Below are positions 46,201 to 55,865 of a stretch of DNA of 64,000 nucleotides, in pieces. The translations under genes were made by a program, and so were the position numbers. Within the stretch, counting starts at the first letter, position 1. Each line of letters starts with the position of its first letter. Origin of the DNA: Parcubacteria bacterium C7867-007 (lineage in GTDB: Bacteria; Patescibacteriota; Minisyncoccia; Phycocordibacterales; Phycocordibacteraceae); the NCBI GenBank assembly GCA_001189195.1, contig LFCQ01000003.1:141645-205644 (forward strand), in the 5' to 3' direction. A model generated the notes under the pieces. That model was given only the letters and a program-made list of their open reading frames with translations, ran no database searches and was not told the origin of the DNA.

Positions 46201-47493
46201 TTATATACTCTTCCACTGCTTGCTCTGACGAACCAGATGTTCTTGATCTTCTGAAGTGCTGAGGAGTGCTTCGGTGATACGTTCGGTACGAATCGACTGA
46301 GAGCCTTTAATGAGTACAACGTCTCCCTTTCCGATAAGCTCCGCAAGCATCGGTGCCGCTTCCTCAGAGGTACTAAATTGCTGTATGGAGGTTTCTGGCA
46401 TACCTGCTTCTAGTGCAGCAGCGGCAATACCACGTGCACGAACTCCAATCGTAACGAGAAGATCTGTTTGTCTTGCTGCAAGAGTACCAATACGCTCATG
46501 CTCCTCAAAGGAATACCTGCCAAGCTCAAGCATGTCTCCGAGTACCGCTATACGTCGTAGTTTTCGTTCACCAGCAACAAGATTGAGGGACGCGAGTGCC
46601 TCAACCGTGGCTGCGGGAGAAGCGTTATATGAATCATCAATGAGCGTTGATCCATTTTTGCCATTTAAAATACGAGCACGGCCTGGAGGCGGAGCATACG
46701 ACGTAAGGCCTTTAAGAGCTTCGGGTACCGTGAGACCTAGAGCGATGGCTGTTGCTATTGCAGCGGCAGGCGCATACAGCGCTGGCTGACCAACAGTACC
46801 CGGTACCGTGAGCAGGTGTTCTTCAGAACCAATGTGAAGTAGTGCCTCCATACCTACAATGTTTCCATCTTCAACATGTACCTTCGGCTGGGTTATGCGC
46901 ACATCTGCATGTTCGCTTACACCAAACGTCATAGTGCGCGCCGTTAAGCGCGCACTCATCGCAATCGCATACTCATCCTCTGCATTCATGATGAGTGGCA
47001 TACCCTCGTCAAGTGCATAGGCAGGATAGAATTCCTCCTCGCGTACTGCAGCAGGTGTTGGATAGGCTTCAACATGTACCGGAACTTCAGGAAGCTTTGT
47101 TACAACAACCGCATCTGGTAGTGCGATCTTCATAATCTTTGCGAGGTCCCCAGGACGATCTGCACCTACTTCAAGCACTAGCATGTTTGGGTAGTGACTT
47201 GGGAAGAAACGGAGCGCAAATGCTTCACCAAATACCTTGAGCCATGCGCCTGGGTTTGCCCAAGGACTGTCTACGCCAACAATGGTAAGTGGTACTCCAA
47301 ACTCACTGTTATAACTCTTGTCACTCTTTCGTACTAAATAGATTCCCGACAATGCTGCAGCAACCGCGTCCTTTGTTGATGTCTTCCCCACACTTCCCGT
47401 CACCATCACAATCTTCGGCTTGTACTTGCGAACGATACCGGCAGCAAGCCAGCCTAGTACCGATGCGAAGATGCTACGAAGAAGTGTTTTCAT
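46201..47493 (-). CDS. murF: UDP-N-acetylmuramoyl-tripeptide--D-alanyl-D-alanine ligase
   Basis: VTGSVGKTSTK P-loop, NSEFGVPLT motif, and Mur ligase layout. Confidence 0.82.
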   Translation of the reverse strand: MKTLLRSIFASVLGWLAAGIVRKYKPKIVMVTGSVGKTSTKDAVAAALSGIYLVRKSDKSYNSEFGVPLTIVGVDSPWANPGAWLKVFGEAFALRFFPSHYPNMLVLEVGADRPGDLAKIMKIALPDAVVVTKLPEVPVHVEAYPTPAAVREEEFYPAYALDEGMPLIMNAEDEYAIAMSARLTARTMTFGVSEHADVRITQPKVHVEDGNIVGMEALLHIGSEEHLLTVPGTVGQPALYAPAAAIATAIALGLTVPEALKGLTSYAPPPGRARILNGKNGSTLIDDSYNASPAATVEALASLNLVAGERKLRRIAVLGDMLELGRYSFEEHERIGTLAARQTDLLVTIGVRARGIAAAALEAGMPETSIQQFSTSEEAAPMLAELIGKGDVVLIKGSQSIRTERITEALLSTSEDQEHLVRQSKQWKSI

Positions 47494-47499
47494 AAATGG

Positions 47500-49227
47500 T
47501 TATCGTGTGTAGGTCGCCCGATCTGGTGGTACATCATAATAATTGATCAGGAAGTGCGTAAGATCCATGAAGGGGTGCGTGAGGGTTTCAGATGCATACT
47601 GTACACCCTGCGGCTTCTTGGTATAGAGCAGAATGATGTACTTGGGGTCAGATGCGGGGAAATAGCCAAAGAATGAGTGGAAGTATAGGTTTGCGTAGTA
47701 CTTCCCATCAGGACCCGCAATTTGTGCCGTACCTGTCTTTGCCGCTACACTCATCTCCGGAATCTTCACCGTACCATTACTCAGCTTCTCGTCCACCACC
47801 TTCACGAGCATACGAGTGGTGTCATCTACGGCTGCAGGACTAAATACCTGCTGTGGATCTCCCCATGTTAGTTTCTTAACCACCCCAGACTCAAGACGAA
47901 TGGCCGTTGCTAGGTGCGGTGTTACGACCTTCCCATGGTTCGCAAGTGCTCCCAGTCCACGAATGGTTGCAATAGGGGTAGTTGCAATACCCTGCCCGAA
48001 GGAAGCCGTATCATATTCCACGTCACGGGGACTCTCTAGGTTATGAATGTCACCGCGAATTTCACTTGGTAGGTCGATACCTGTTTCAGTACCAAAACCA
48101 AGCTTTGTGAAATATGTACGGAATCCGGAGTGCCCGAGCTTTGTTGCAATAAATGACGCACCAACGTTTAGCGATTGCGAGAGAATCTCCTGCATGGGTG
48201 TGGTACCACGTGCCTTGAGGTCGTGGTTACAGATGCGCTTCTTATTCACTTCAATACAGCCTGTGTCGTTATATACCGTCTCGGGTGTTATCACTCCTGC
48301 ATCAAGTCCTGACGCCATGGTGAGTGCTTTAATAATGGACCCGAACTCATACCGACTCTCTACTAGATGGTTACTGAAGTAGTTACTATTTTCGTTCTGG
48401 AAATTGTTTGGATCAAAGGAAGGATACACATCAAGTGCAATAATCTCTCCAGTTTCAGGATCCATGATAATACCTCCTGTTTCTTCACTGCCATACTGGT
48501 CATTAATTGCCTTAAGGGTTTGATCAAGCTTCTCTTGTACGATTGGCTCGATAGACGTGATCACATCTCCCTGCCGAGCAGTTTTCGGATCAGAGACAAC
48601 GCTATCAAGGTTTGCAAACAATTCCGCAAAGAAATTACCAAACGCACCTTCACCTTGCTGGTGCAGTACGTCATCATAGTACCGCTCCAGACCAAAGCGA
48701 CCTGCGATGGTGTTGTCATCTAGGTATCCGGTGAAGCCAACAGACTGGGCTCCCTTTGATCCTGCAGGATAGGTGCGCCATCGTTCACGCTCCACAATTA
48801 CTCCTGGGATATCTTTTGCAGAGAGCGCACGCCCTGCTTCATCACTAATCTTGTGGCCAATAACTTCATAGGGGTCCTCTTTCTTTGCTGCAGAGGCGAA
48901 GAATTCCTCTCGGCTGGCATCGGGTACTGCCTCAAGAATTGCAGTGTACGCAACCTCTGGGTCTTCTAGGTGTGAAGGGTCAATGGCTATAAGGAATCCA
49001 GTTGCCACGGTTGCTGCTGATAGATAGGTACCGTCCTTTCGAGTAAAGAGGATGGAACCACGATCATACAATTCCTGACTTGAGCTCACATACTGACGTT
49101 CAGCACGTAGTGAGTATTCATGTGCATGTACGATCTGTACAAAATAGAGACGAAGTACGAGAAAGAGCGCCAGGAAAATAATGACGCCAGAAACGATACG
49201 TAATCGCAATCTGAACGCCCTTCGCAT
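47500..49227 (-). CDS. ftsI: class B penicillin-binding protein (FtsI-like transpeptidase)
   Basis: N-terminal TM. SxxK (GSIIKALT), SxN (SQSLNVG) and KTG (KTGTAQ). Positioned between ftsL and murF. Confidence 0.82.
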   Translation of the reverse strand: MRRAFRLRLRIVSGVIIFLALFLVLRLYFVQIVHAHEYSLRAERQYVSSSQELYDRGSILFTRKDGTYLSAATVATGFLIAIDPSHLEDPEVAYTAILEAVPDASREEFFASAAKKEDPYEVIGHKISDEAGRALSAKDIPGVIVERERWRTYPAGSKGAQSVGFTGYLDDNTIAGRFGLERYYDDVLHQQGEGAFGNFFAELFANLDSVVSDPKTARQGDVITSIEPIVQEKLDQTLKAINDQYGSEETGGIIMDPETGEIIALDVYPSFDPNNFQNENSNYFSNHLVESRYEFGSIIKALTMASGLDAGVITPETVYNDTGCIEVNKKRICNHDLKARGTTPMQEILSQSLNVGASFIATKLGHSGFRTYFTKLGFGTETGIDLPSEIRGDIHNLESPRDVEYDTASFGQGIATTPIATIRGLGALANHGKVVTPHLATAIRLESGVVKKLTWGDPQQVFSPAAVDDTTRMLVKVVDEKLSNGTVKIPEMSVAAKTGTAQIAGPDGKYYANLYFHSFFGYFPASDPKYIILLYTKKPQGVQYASETLTHPFMDLTHFLINYYDVPPDRATYTR

Positions 49228-49228
49228 A

Positions 49229-49522
49229 TTAGCGGCCAGCGAACGTGAGTCCGTCTGGAAGATTAGCTCCTGCTACATACTGCACGTTGGTGGGGCGAAC
49301 AAATCCGAGTGAATAGGGGTTCGTTGAATCAAGAGTTCCGATTGCTACATAGTACTTGCTTTCAAGCGTACCAATTGCTGCCTGTGCATCACGAATAGAG
49401 CTGAGTGCTTGTGTTTGCCACGTGGCAAACAGGATCGTGGCGACGATCAGACCGAGGTATACCATCACCAACACCCCTGCAGAGATGGAGAGAACGGGGA
49501 TGAGGCGTGTTGGCATGGTCAT
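49229..49522 (-). CDS. ftsL: cell division protein FtsL-like small membrane protein
   Basis: Single TM (VLSISAGVLVMVYLGLIVATILF), positioned between rsmH and ftsI. The 5' extension overlapping rsmH was rejected. Confidence 0.5.
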   Translation of the reverse strand: MTMPTRLIPVLSISAGVLVMVYLGLIVATILFATWQTQALSSIRDAQAAIGTLESKYYVAIGTLDSTNPYSLGFVRPTNVQYVAGANLPDGLTFAGR

Positions 49523-49527
49523 AGGTG

Positions 49528-50475
49528 TTACGCGAGTGATAATGCGGATCGATCGAATGCTTCTGTACATTCAATCTGTCCATTGCAACGCTCAAAGACA
49601 CGAAGCTTTGCGCTACGTGAGCGCGGATTCTTTGTCATCTCTGCAGTGCTGGGTACCAGTGGTTTCTTGTTCACTAGCTTCCCTGTTCCCTGATACACCG
49701 CATCACGAAACATACCCTTCACAATGCGATCTTCAATACTGTGGAAGGTGATGACGGCAATGCGGCCCCCGGGAGCGAGGTGTGTGAGTGCACCAGTGAG
49801 GCCTGCACGAAGTGCACCAAGTTCATCATTAACTGCAATGCGGAGCGCTTGGAAAGTCTTTGTTGCAGGGTGCAGGCGGCGGTGCTGATACCAGCCAGGT
49901 GTTCCTGCTGTTACCGCCTCAGCAAGTTCTGAGGTGGTGAGTATGGGGCTGTTCTTTCGGGTTAGTACAATGGAGCGTGCAATACCACGTGCAAAGCGTT
50001 CTTCTCCGTACGTAAAGATAATATCTGCGAGTTCTTCTTCTGTTGCAGAGTTAACAAGGTCTGCTGCTGTCTTGCCCTCTTCTGGTGAACCATAGGTCAT
50101 GTACAAAGGTTCTTCTGTCTTAAATGAGAATCCGCGGCCTGCAGAAAGATGGAAGCTGCTCCATCCAAGATCAAAGAGTGCTTTGTCTATAGACTCAATA
50201 CCTTCATGTTCAAGGATGGCTTCCAGGTTACGGAAGTTGTTGTGCGCAAGAATAGTGCGTGGTCCCTCTGCATTCGACACCACTTGTGCAGCGCGTCCAA
50301 TAGCATCCTCATCAGCATCGATACCAATGAGTGTTCCTTCTGCACCAAGGCGACTACGCAGCTCACGGAAGTGCCCTGCCCCACCAATGGTTCCGTCCAC
50401 CACCACATCATCTGGTTGAATATCTAGAGTTTCTAGACATTCTGTTAGAAGGACGCTCTCGTGGACCTGTTCCAT
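49528..50475 (-). CDS. rsmH: 16S rRNA (cytosine1402-N4)-methyltransferase RsmH (MraW)
   Basis: SAM motif VDGTIGGAGHF and a conserved C-terminal region. Sits downstream of mraZ. Confidence 0.88.
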   Translation of the reverse strand: MEQVHESVLLTECLETLDIQPDDVVVDGTIGGAGHFRELRSRLGAEGTLIGIDADEDAIGRAAQVVSNAEGPRTILAHNNFRNLEAILEHEGIESIDKALFDLGWSSFHLSAGRGFSFKTEEPLYMTYGSPEEGKTAADLVNSATEEELADIIFTYGEERFARGIARSIVLTRKNSPILTTSELAEAVTAGTPGWYQHRRLHPATKTFQALRIAVNDELGALRAGLTGALTHLAPGGRIAVITFHSIEDRIVKGMFRDAVYQGTGKLVNKKPLVPSTAEMTKNPRSRSAKLRVFERCNGQIECTEAFDRSALSLA

Positions 50476-50477
50476 AC

Positions 50478-50897
50478 TTATGCAAGCGTCTCCGCTAGTT
50501 CGTCTGCGGTACTCTCAATTTCCTTTGTGTATGTCTCCCACGCTACTTCGTCCCAAATCTCAACACGCTCATTTACGCCCGCAATAACGCTCTTCACACT
50601 GAGCGCGGCAAAGCTCTTTAGATAATCAGGAACAAGGATACGCCCCGCTGAATCGACATCTGCTTCATTTGCTCCAGCAAGCATTAATCGTGAGAGACCT
50701 CGTCCTGCCTTGCTTCCTGTGGAGTGTGCTGCCAACTTAGCTGCTTCCTTCTTCCATGCCGTCTTTGGATACACAAAGAGACAGTGATCAAGACCGCGCG
50801 TAACGATAACGGAGCTACCAAGTTCCTTCCGGAATTTAGCCGGAAGTGAAATGCGATTCTTCGCATCGAACGTGTGACGATATTCTCCGATGAACAT
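50478..50897 (-). CDS. mraZ: transcriptional regulator MraZ
   Basis: MFIGEYRHTFDAKNRISLPAKFRKELG is the canonical MraZ start, with a duplicated domain. Confidence 0.9.
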   Translation of the reverse strand: MFIGEYRHTFDAKNRISLPAKFRKELGSSVIVTRGLDHCLFVYPKTAWKKEAAKLAAHSTGSKAGRGLSRLMLAGANEADVDSAGRILVPDYLKSFAALSVKSVIAGVNERVEIWDEVAWETYTKEIESTADELAETLA

Positions 50898-50935
50898 TAG
50901 TGTTGTGGCAGCGGTTTAAGGGGAATGCAATTCAT

Positions 50936-50982
50936 TCCCACTTCATCCCACTAGAGTGTAAGTATATGACACAACTTCCCAC
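50936..50982 (-). promoter_or_regulatory. putative MraZ-box direct repeats (GTGGGA x3 on the mraZ strand) in the mraZ promoter region
   Basis: tcccac appears at 50936, 50946 and 50977 on the plus strand. The first two are spaced exactly 10 nt apart, as in known MraZ operator repeats. Confidence 0.4.
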
Positions 50983-51167
50983 CCTGCCCTATTTATCCCC
51001 ACAACTAAGGGTTATTTGTCCTTTGACAGTAGTGCTCTAAGCAATGTATGCTGGGAACACATGGTTTCATACGTCCGTTACTTTATCTTCAAGCATATCT
51101 TCGGCCTAACCCCGGTCGAGGTTTCGATTGAGATTTCTAAGTAGCAGGACTTCCCCACAGAAATTTG

Positions 51168-51202
51168 AATCGAGGCTTTGACCACCGGTCAAAGCCTCGA
51201 TT
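51168..51202. repeat. 35-bp perfect palindrome (16-bp arms, 3-nt centre), a candidate operator or RNA hairpin
   Basis: AATCGAGGCTTTGACC-ACC-GGTCAAAGCCTCGATT, located about 40 nt upstream of the 51242 ORF in the mraZ-divergent intergenic region. Confidence 0.55.
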
Positions 51203-51241
51203 CGTTTGTACCTTCATAGCAGAAGAAGAGGGAGAAAAGTA

Positions 51242-51763
51242 ATGTTGCAACAAGTTGAGTATGCAATTTCGTTGATTGACCTCAGGGCAATGGCGGTATA
51301 CGGCCGCCTAGCAGAGACACTGGGGCAAATGGTTGCCTTCTATAACCAGGGAGAGCTGAGCCAGCATGTGCAGCTACAGCTGATCGAAGAGGATGAGAGT
51401 GGCGAACTAGCTCCTGCTCCGACCAGTTCCGTTGCGCTGTTCACGTGCACCACGATACACACATTCCCGAATAGGTTCTTTAGGGTTATTACACCCGCAA
51501 ACCGTGACGGCACAGCAAGTCGCGCGGCGTTAGGTCCTCACGTTCCGGAATGGGCGAGATCTTCTCGGATTCAAGTGGCGATTAATCCTGGAGTGAGTCT
51601 GGACAGGGTCGACAAGACCTTAAGGCGTCCTTGTCTCGATATCGCGTGCAGGCATCTGCACCGCGACTTGGGAGGGGTATCGCAACCCAAGAAGAAACGT
51701 GTTCCCTACTCTTCGGGGCATCGTGCACAACGCGATCGACCCTACTTCTTTGAACTGTGCTGA
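51242..51763 (+). CDS. hypothetical protein (GC-rich ORFan, 173 aa)
   Basis: GGGAGAAAAG RBS before ATG at 51242. Followed by a strong terminator at 51789-51821 (gatggcgccc-tttgc-gggcgccatc followed by a T run). Confidence 0.45.
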   Translation: MLQQVEYAISLIDLRAMAVYGRLAETLGQMVAFYNQGELSQHVQLQLIEEDESGELAPAPTSSVALFTCTTIHTFPNRFFRVITPANRDGTASRAALGPHVPEWARSSRIQVAINPGVSLDRVDKTLRRPCLDIACRHLHRDLGGVSQPKKKRVPYSSGHRAQRDRPYFFELC

Positions 51764-51788
51764 CTTTCTTGTCTCTACGAATAAAAGC

Positions 51789-51821
51789 GATGGCGCCCTT
51801 TGCGGGCGCCATCTTCTTTTT
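51789..51821. terminator. bidirectional rho-independent terminator
   Basis: 10-bp perfect stem and a T-run of 8 on plus. Also T-rich on the minus side, serving lysS. Confidence 0.75.
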
Positions 51822-51824
51822 GTA

Positions 51825-53294
51825 TTAGTCGCTACGAGGTCTCATGAGTGGGAAGATCTGTCCTTCACGAATAGATACTCCTTCCATGACACTGAAGAGT
51901 CTTTCAGATACTCCGAAACCGAATGCGGGTGGCATACCGTATTCAAGAGCCTCCACGTATGAGATGTCATTCATCTGCGCTTCGTCATCACCCTGGTCAC
52001 GCAGTTCCTGCTGATGTGCAAAACGTCCTGCCTGATCGATAGGATCATTGAGTTCAGTGAATCCCTTGCCCATCTCAGAACCTCCAAGGATCACTTGGAA
52101 TCGCTCCACCACACGATCATCTTCCTTGCTGCGCTTTGCCAATGGCTCCATGTATGCAGGGACACCAATGAGGAAACCAGGACCAGAGAGTCCTTTGCGT
52201 ATCTGCTTCCAGAGGAGATCGATACCTCGTTCCTTATTGAATCCATCTTCAGGAACAGGAATACCCGCCTTCTCCATTGCTTTCCCCACTTCCGCTGCAT
52301 CAGTTTCAAGCGGATCAACACCGAAGGATTCTTTGATAAGAGCGCAATAGTTATAAGTCTGCCATGCAGCACCGAAGTCCACCTCCACATCCTTGATGGT
52401 GAAGATACGAGTGCCATATACCTCATCAGCAATAGTGCGGTACAGGTCGGTGATCATGTTCATGCCGTGGCGATAGTCTTCAAACGCTTCGTAGAATTCA
52501 AGTTGGGTGTAGTCCTGAGCATGTTCAAAGGACATACCCTCGTTACGGAAGATACGACCGATCTCAAAAACTTTAGGGAGTCCAGCCACCATCAATCGCT
52601 TCTGCCAGAGCTCACCTGCTGAAATACGGAGATACACATCGATGTCGAGTGCGTTGTGATGGGTAACAAAGGGGCGCGCATCTGCCCCACCTGTAGTAGT
52701 TTCAAGTACCGGTGTCTCAACTTCAACAAACCCCTTCTTAAGGAGGTACGTACGAATAACATTCCAGAATAGGGAGCGACGGCGAATACGATCTGCTGTT
52801 TCTTTGGAGAGAAGAATATCCAAATATCGCTTTCGGAAGCGTTCATCTTCATCTTTAATACCGTAGAACTCGTCTGGTACGGGAGTAAGAGACTTCGCAA
52901 GCATGCGCCAACTTGCTGCTTGCAGTGAACGCATACCACGCTTGGTGGTGAATGCAAAACCAGGTACCTCGATGATATCTCCCGTATCAACCGCCTGTTT
53001 AAATAGTTCAAACAACTCCTGCTTGAGATCTGCGTCTTGTTGAAGGACCACTTGAGCTTTCTCAGTACCATCAAAGAGATCAACGAACATAACTCCTCCT
53101 TGATCACGGATGCTCATGATGCGTCCTGCGATTGTAATAAGTGCGTGTTCACGCTCAAGCGCCTGATGCTTGTACATGAAATCACTGAGGGTATGCGAGC
53201 GGTTCACCTGTGCAGGATATGCCTCCATCCCCGCCTCTTTAAGCGTCTCTATCTTAGCGAGCCGCTCTTTGCGGATCGTTTCTACATCTGCCAT
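51825..53294 (-). CDS. lysS: lysyl-tRNA synthetase (class II)
   Basis: Start at MADVETIRKERLAKIETLKEAGMEAYP. OB fold plus class II motifs. Confidence 0.88.
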   Translation of the reverse strand: MADVETIRKERLAKIETLKEAGMEAYPAQVNRSHTLSDFMYKHQALEREHALITIAGRIMSIRDQGGVMFVDLFDGTEKAQVVLQQDADLKQELFELFKQAVDTGDIIEVPGFAFTTKRGMRSLQAASWRMLAKSLTPVPDEFYGIKDEDERFRKRYLDILLSKETADRIRRRSLFWNVIRTYLLKKGFVEVETPVLETTTGGADARPFVTHHNALDIDVYLRISAGELWQKRLMVAGLPKVFEIGRIFRNEGMSFEHAQDYTQLEFYEAFEDYRHGMNMITDLYRTIADEVYGTRIFTIKDVEVDFGAAWQTYNYCALIKESFGVDPLETDAAEVGKAMEKAGIPVPEDGFNKERGIDLLWKQIRKGLSGPGFLIGVPAYMEPLAKRSKEDDRVVERFQVILGGSEMGKGFTELNDPIDQAGRFAHQQELRDQGDDEAQMNDISYVEALEYGMPPAFGFGVSERLFSVMEGVSIREGQIFPLMRPRSD

Positions 53295-53388
53295 ATGTCC
53301 CCAGATTAGCACATGTTGCGTTCCATTTGTTTAGTTGTATGGTTCCTATAGAGGCCAGCACTCGGCAGGCACCTCCAGGAGGAACAAG

Positions 53389-53592
53389 ATGCTGAAGGTC
53401 TTCTTTTGTACTTTACTGCTGTCTCTGGCGTGCCTGATTGGCTTCGTCATCAGCACCATTTCGCCGGCGGCCCTGTTCGCCCCCATCAAGGAACCGACGC
53501 TTCTGTGGTCTGGCATGATCTTCTTCTCCACGATCGCCGCGGTCTGTGGTTCCCTATACCTGATCAAGATGGAGCTGAGCAAGCCAAAATAG
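53389..53592 (+). CDS. small two-TM membrane protein (67 aa), GC-rich
   Basis: AGGAGG RBS 6 nt upstream of ATG. Followed by the bidirectional terminator 53610-53655 (aacctccgcg-ttaacac-cgcggaggtt). Confidence 0.5.
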   Translation: MLKVFFCTLLLSLACLIGFVISTISPAALFAPIKEPTLLWSGMIFFSTIAAVCGSLYLIKMELSKPK

Positions 53593-53662
53593 AAGGCAGT
53601 GGCCTCCAATCAAAAAGAAAACCTCCGCGTTAACACCGCGGAGGTTCCTTCTTTACATTGTG

Positions 53663-54136
53663 TTATGCAACCTTCTCTACGTGATAGGTCTGCTTTCCGT
53701 TTGGAGTTTCAAAGGTGAAGCTATCTCCCTTCTTCTTCCCCATTAGTGCAGCACCGAGTGGTGAAACGTGTGAGAGCTTGTGTGCGCGCATGTCTGCTTC
53801 TTCTGAGCCAACGATCATGTACTCGTGCATATCAGAACCACCATCTTTCTTGATAACAACTGATGAGCCGAATCCAACAACATCCTTCTTCTTGCCGTCA
53901 GTTACGATCTTTGCACGCTTAACAAGTTCCTCAAGCTTTCGGATACGTTCTTCAGTTGCAGCCTGAAGATCTCGTGCCTCCTGGTATTCAGCGTTCTCAG
54001 AGAGATCACCAAGCGATCGAGCATACTCAAGATTCTTTGCTATTTCGGTACGACGAACCGTCTTAAGGTTTTCTAGTTCCTTAACCATTTCATCGAACTT
54101 CTCCTGGCTCACCATTGTTTCTAATTCTGTCGTCAT
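53663..54136 (-). CDS. greA: transcription elongation factor GreA
   Basis: GDLSENAEYQEA motif in the coiled-coil N-domain, plus the FKBP-like C-domain. Confidence 0.9.
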   Translation of the reverse strand: MTTELETMVSQEKFDEMVKELENLKTVRRTEIAKNLEYARSLGDLSENAEYQEARDLQAATEERIRKLEELVKRAKIVTDGKKKDVVGFGSSVVIKKDGGSDMHEYMIVGSEEADMRAHKLSHVSPLGAALMGKKKGDSFTFETPNGKQTYHVEKVA

Positions 54137-54198
54137 GTGAAAATAAAGTGAAAGTAACCGTATTGTACGTGGCTCAGTCTGCGCGTCAACAACCCAGA

Positions 54199-55863
54199 TT
54201 ATTTGAAAAAGTCAGGTGAAGCAGCACGAAGGTTCGTGAAGAAATGATGCATTGCGTAGATACCACCAATACTGGTTCCTGCAGGACCCTTCTCCATTAC
54301 CACTGCGTATACATATTTAGGGTTTTCGTATGGGAAGAATCCCACTGCCCATGTGTTATAGAACTCATTACGAAACCCAAGTTGGGCGGTGCCGGTTTTC
54401 CCGGCAATCCGTACAAAAGAAAGGTCATTCAACCCCAGGGACGTTCCTTCAGTGACACCAAGACGCATACCTTCGCGTGCCACCTGGAGTGCTGCCTGGC
54501 TCACAGGAATACTCTGCCCTGCTAGCGGTGGGTCTTTTATTAGTGTTGGCTTCACAAGCTTCCCTCCATTTGCAACAGCAGCAATAGAGCGAGCTGCTGC
54601 AAGTGGAGTGATCTGCATAGCATACTGGCCGATGCCTGTGTGGTAGGTGTTGCCAATACGCCATGGCTCTTTAAGTGTTTCTTCCTTCCACGCTGGTGAA
54701 GGGACAAATCCACTCTTTTCTCCCGCTAGTTCAATACCGGTTGGCTTCGTGAGACCAAATGCCTCATACCAATACTTAAGACGCTCGATTCCAAGGCCCT
54801 TCTGGGCACCAAAACCGCCCGTTACGCTATAGAAATAGACGTCAGAGGACCAAGCGATGGCATGACGCATATCCATGGCACCTAGCGCCTTCCAGTCCTT
54901 AAAGACCGTTGGGTTTTTGGGATCATAGGGGTTAGGGATAGAGATTGAGCCACTTGAATAGATTGAAGTTTCTGGCGCAATAATACCGTCGGTCATAGCA
55001 CCGCTTGTAATGAGGGGCTTAACAATGGAGCCTGGGGTATAGAGACCATTCACGGGACGATCAAGGTATGGCTGACGCGAGTCACGTGAGTAACTGGCAA
55101 TGATGTCAGAGGGTCCTCCACTAGATAGTACGTTTGGATCGTATTCAGGGTATGAGACCAGTGCAATAACTTCTCCCGTATTTACATCCATCAACACACC
55201 CGCACCACCTTGATACGGTACTTTGTCTGCCGTCTCTTTAATGGCGTCATAGAATGCCCGCTGTGCATGCGCATCGATGGAAAGAGTGAGTGATTCACCA
55301 TGCTGTGCAGGCTTCACACTTCCCTGACTCTGCACATGACCAAGAGCATCCTCTTCAACAAGGAGGGTTCCATTCTCTCCTGAGAGTGTTTCATTGAAAG
55401 CAGATTCAACTCCTGCAAGTCCGGTGATTACGGTGTCATAGTAGTGACCTGAAGAGTCCTTCTTCGGATAAGAAACATATCCGAGCAAATGACCAAAGCC
55501 TGGTGATTCATACGTCCTCTTTACTGATCCATCGTCACTTTCAACATTAGACACTAGAGAAACTCCATTGCGATCGAGAATAGCACCCCGCTGTGCGAAG
55601 AGGACTTCAGGACGCAAGCGATTACGTTCGCTCTGACTCGCATACTTGCTTCCTTGTATAAGTTCGAGGTTTGCAGCTTGCGCAACAAGTGCGCCAAAGA
55701 TCAGGAAGGAAACGATAAACAGTCCCAGATAGGTTGATTGACCAATGGGTTTTTCGAGACGACCCTCTAGACTGCTTTGATTGAATTCAGGCAGGTTCGT
55801 AGCATCCAGGAAGATGTCATCCGGATTGAGTTCTGGATCCTTATAATGCCTTCTGCCAAACAT
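54199..55863 (-). CDS. mrdA: class B penicillin-binding protein 2 (elongasome transpeptidase)
   Basis: SxxK (GSIVKPLI), SxD (WSSDVYF) and KTG (KTGTAQ). Downstream of mreBCD. Confidence 0.8.
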   Translation of the reverse strand: MFGRRHYKDPELNPDDIFLDATNLPEFNQSSLEGRLEKPIGQSTYLGLFIVSFLIFGALVAQAANLELIQGSKYASQSERNRLRPEVLFAQRGAILDRNGVSLVSNVESDDGSVKRTYESPGFGHLLGYVSYPKKDSSGHYYDTVITGLAGVESAFNETLSGENGTLLVEEDALGHVQSQGSVKPAQHGESLTLSIDAHAQRAFYDAIKETADKVPYQGGAGVLMDVNTGEVIALVSYPEYDPNVLSSGGPSDIIASYSRDSRQPYLDRPVNGLYTPGSIVKPLITSGAMTDGIIAPETSIYSSGSISIPNPYDPKNPTVFKDWKALGAMDMRHAIAWSSDVYFYSVTGGFGAQKGLGIERLKYWYEAFGLTKPTGIELAGEKSGFVPSPAWKEETLKEPWRIGNTYHTGIGQYAMQITPLAAARSIAAVANGGKLVKPTLIKDPPLAGQSIPVSQAALQVAREGMRLGVTEGTSLGLNDLSFVRIAGKTGTAQLGFRNEFYNTWAVGFFPYENPKYVYAVVMEKGPAGTSIGGIYAMHHFFTNLRAASPDFFK

Positions 55864-55865
55864 GC

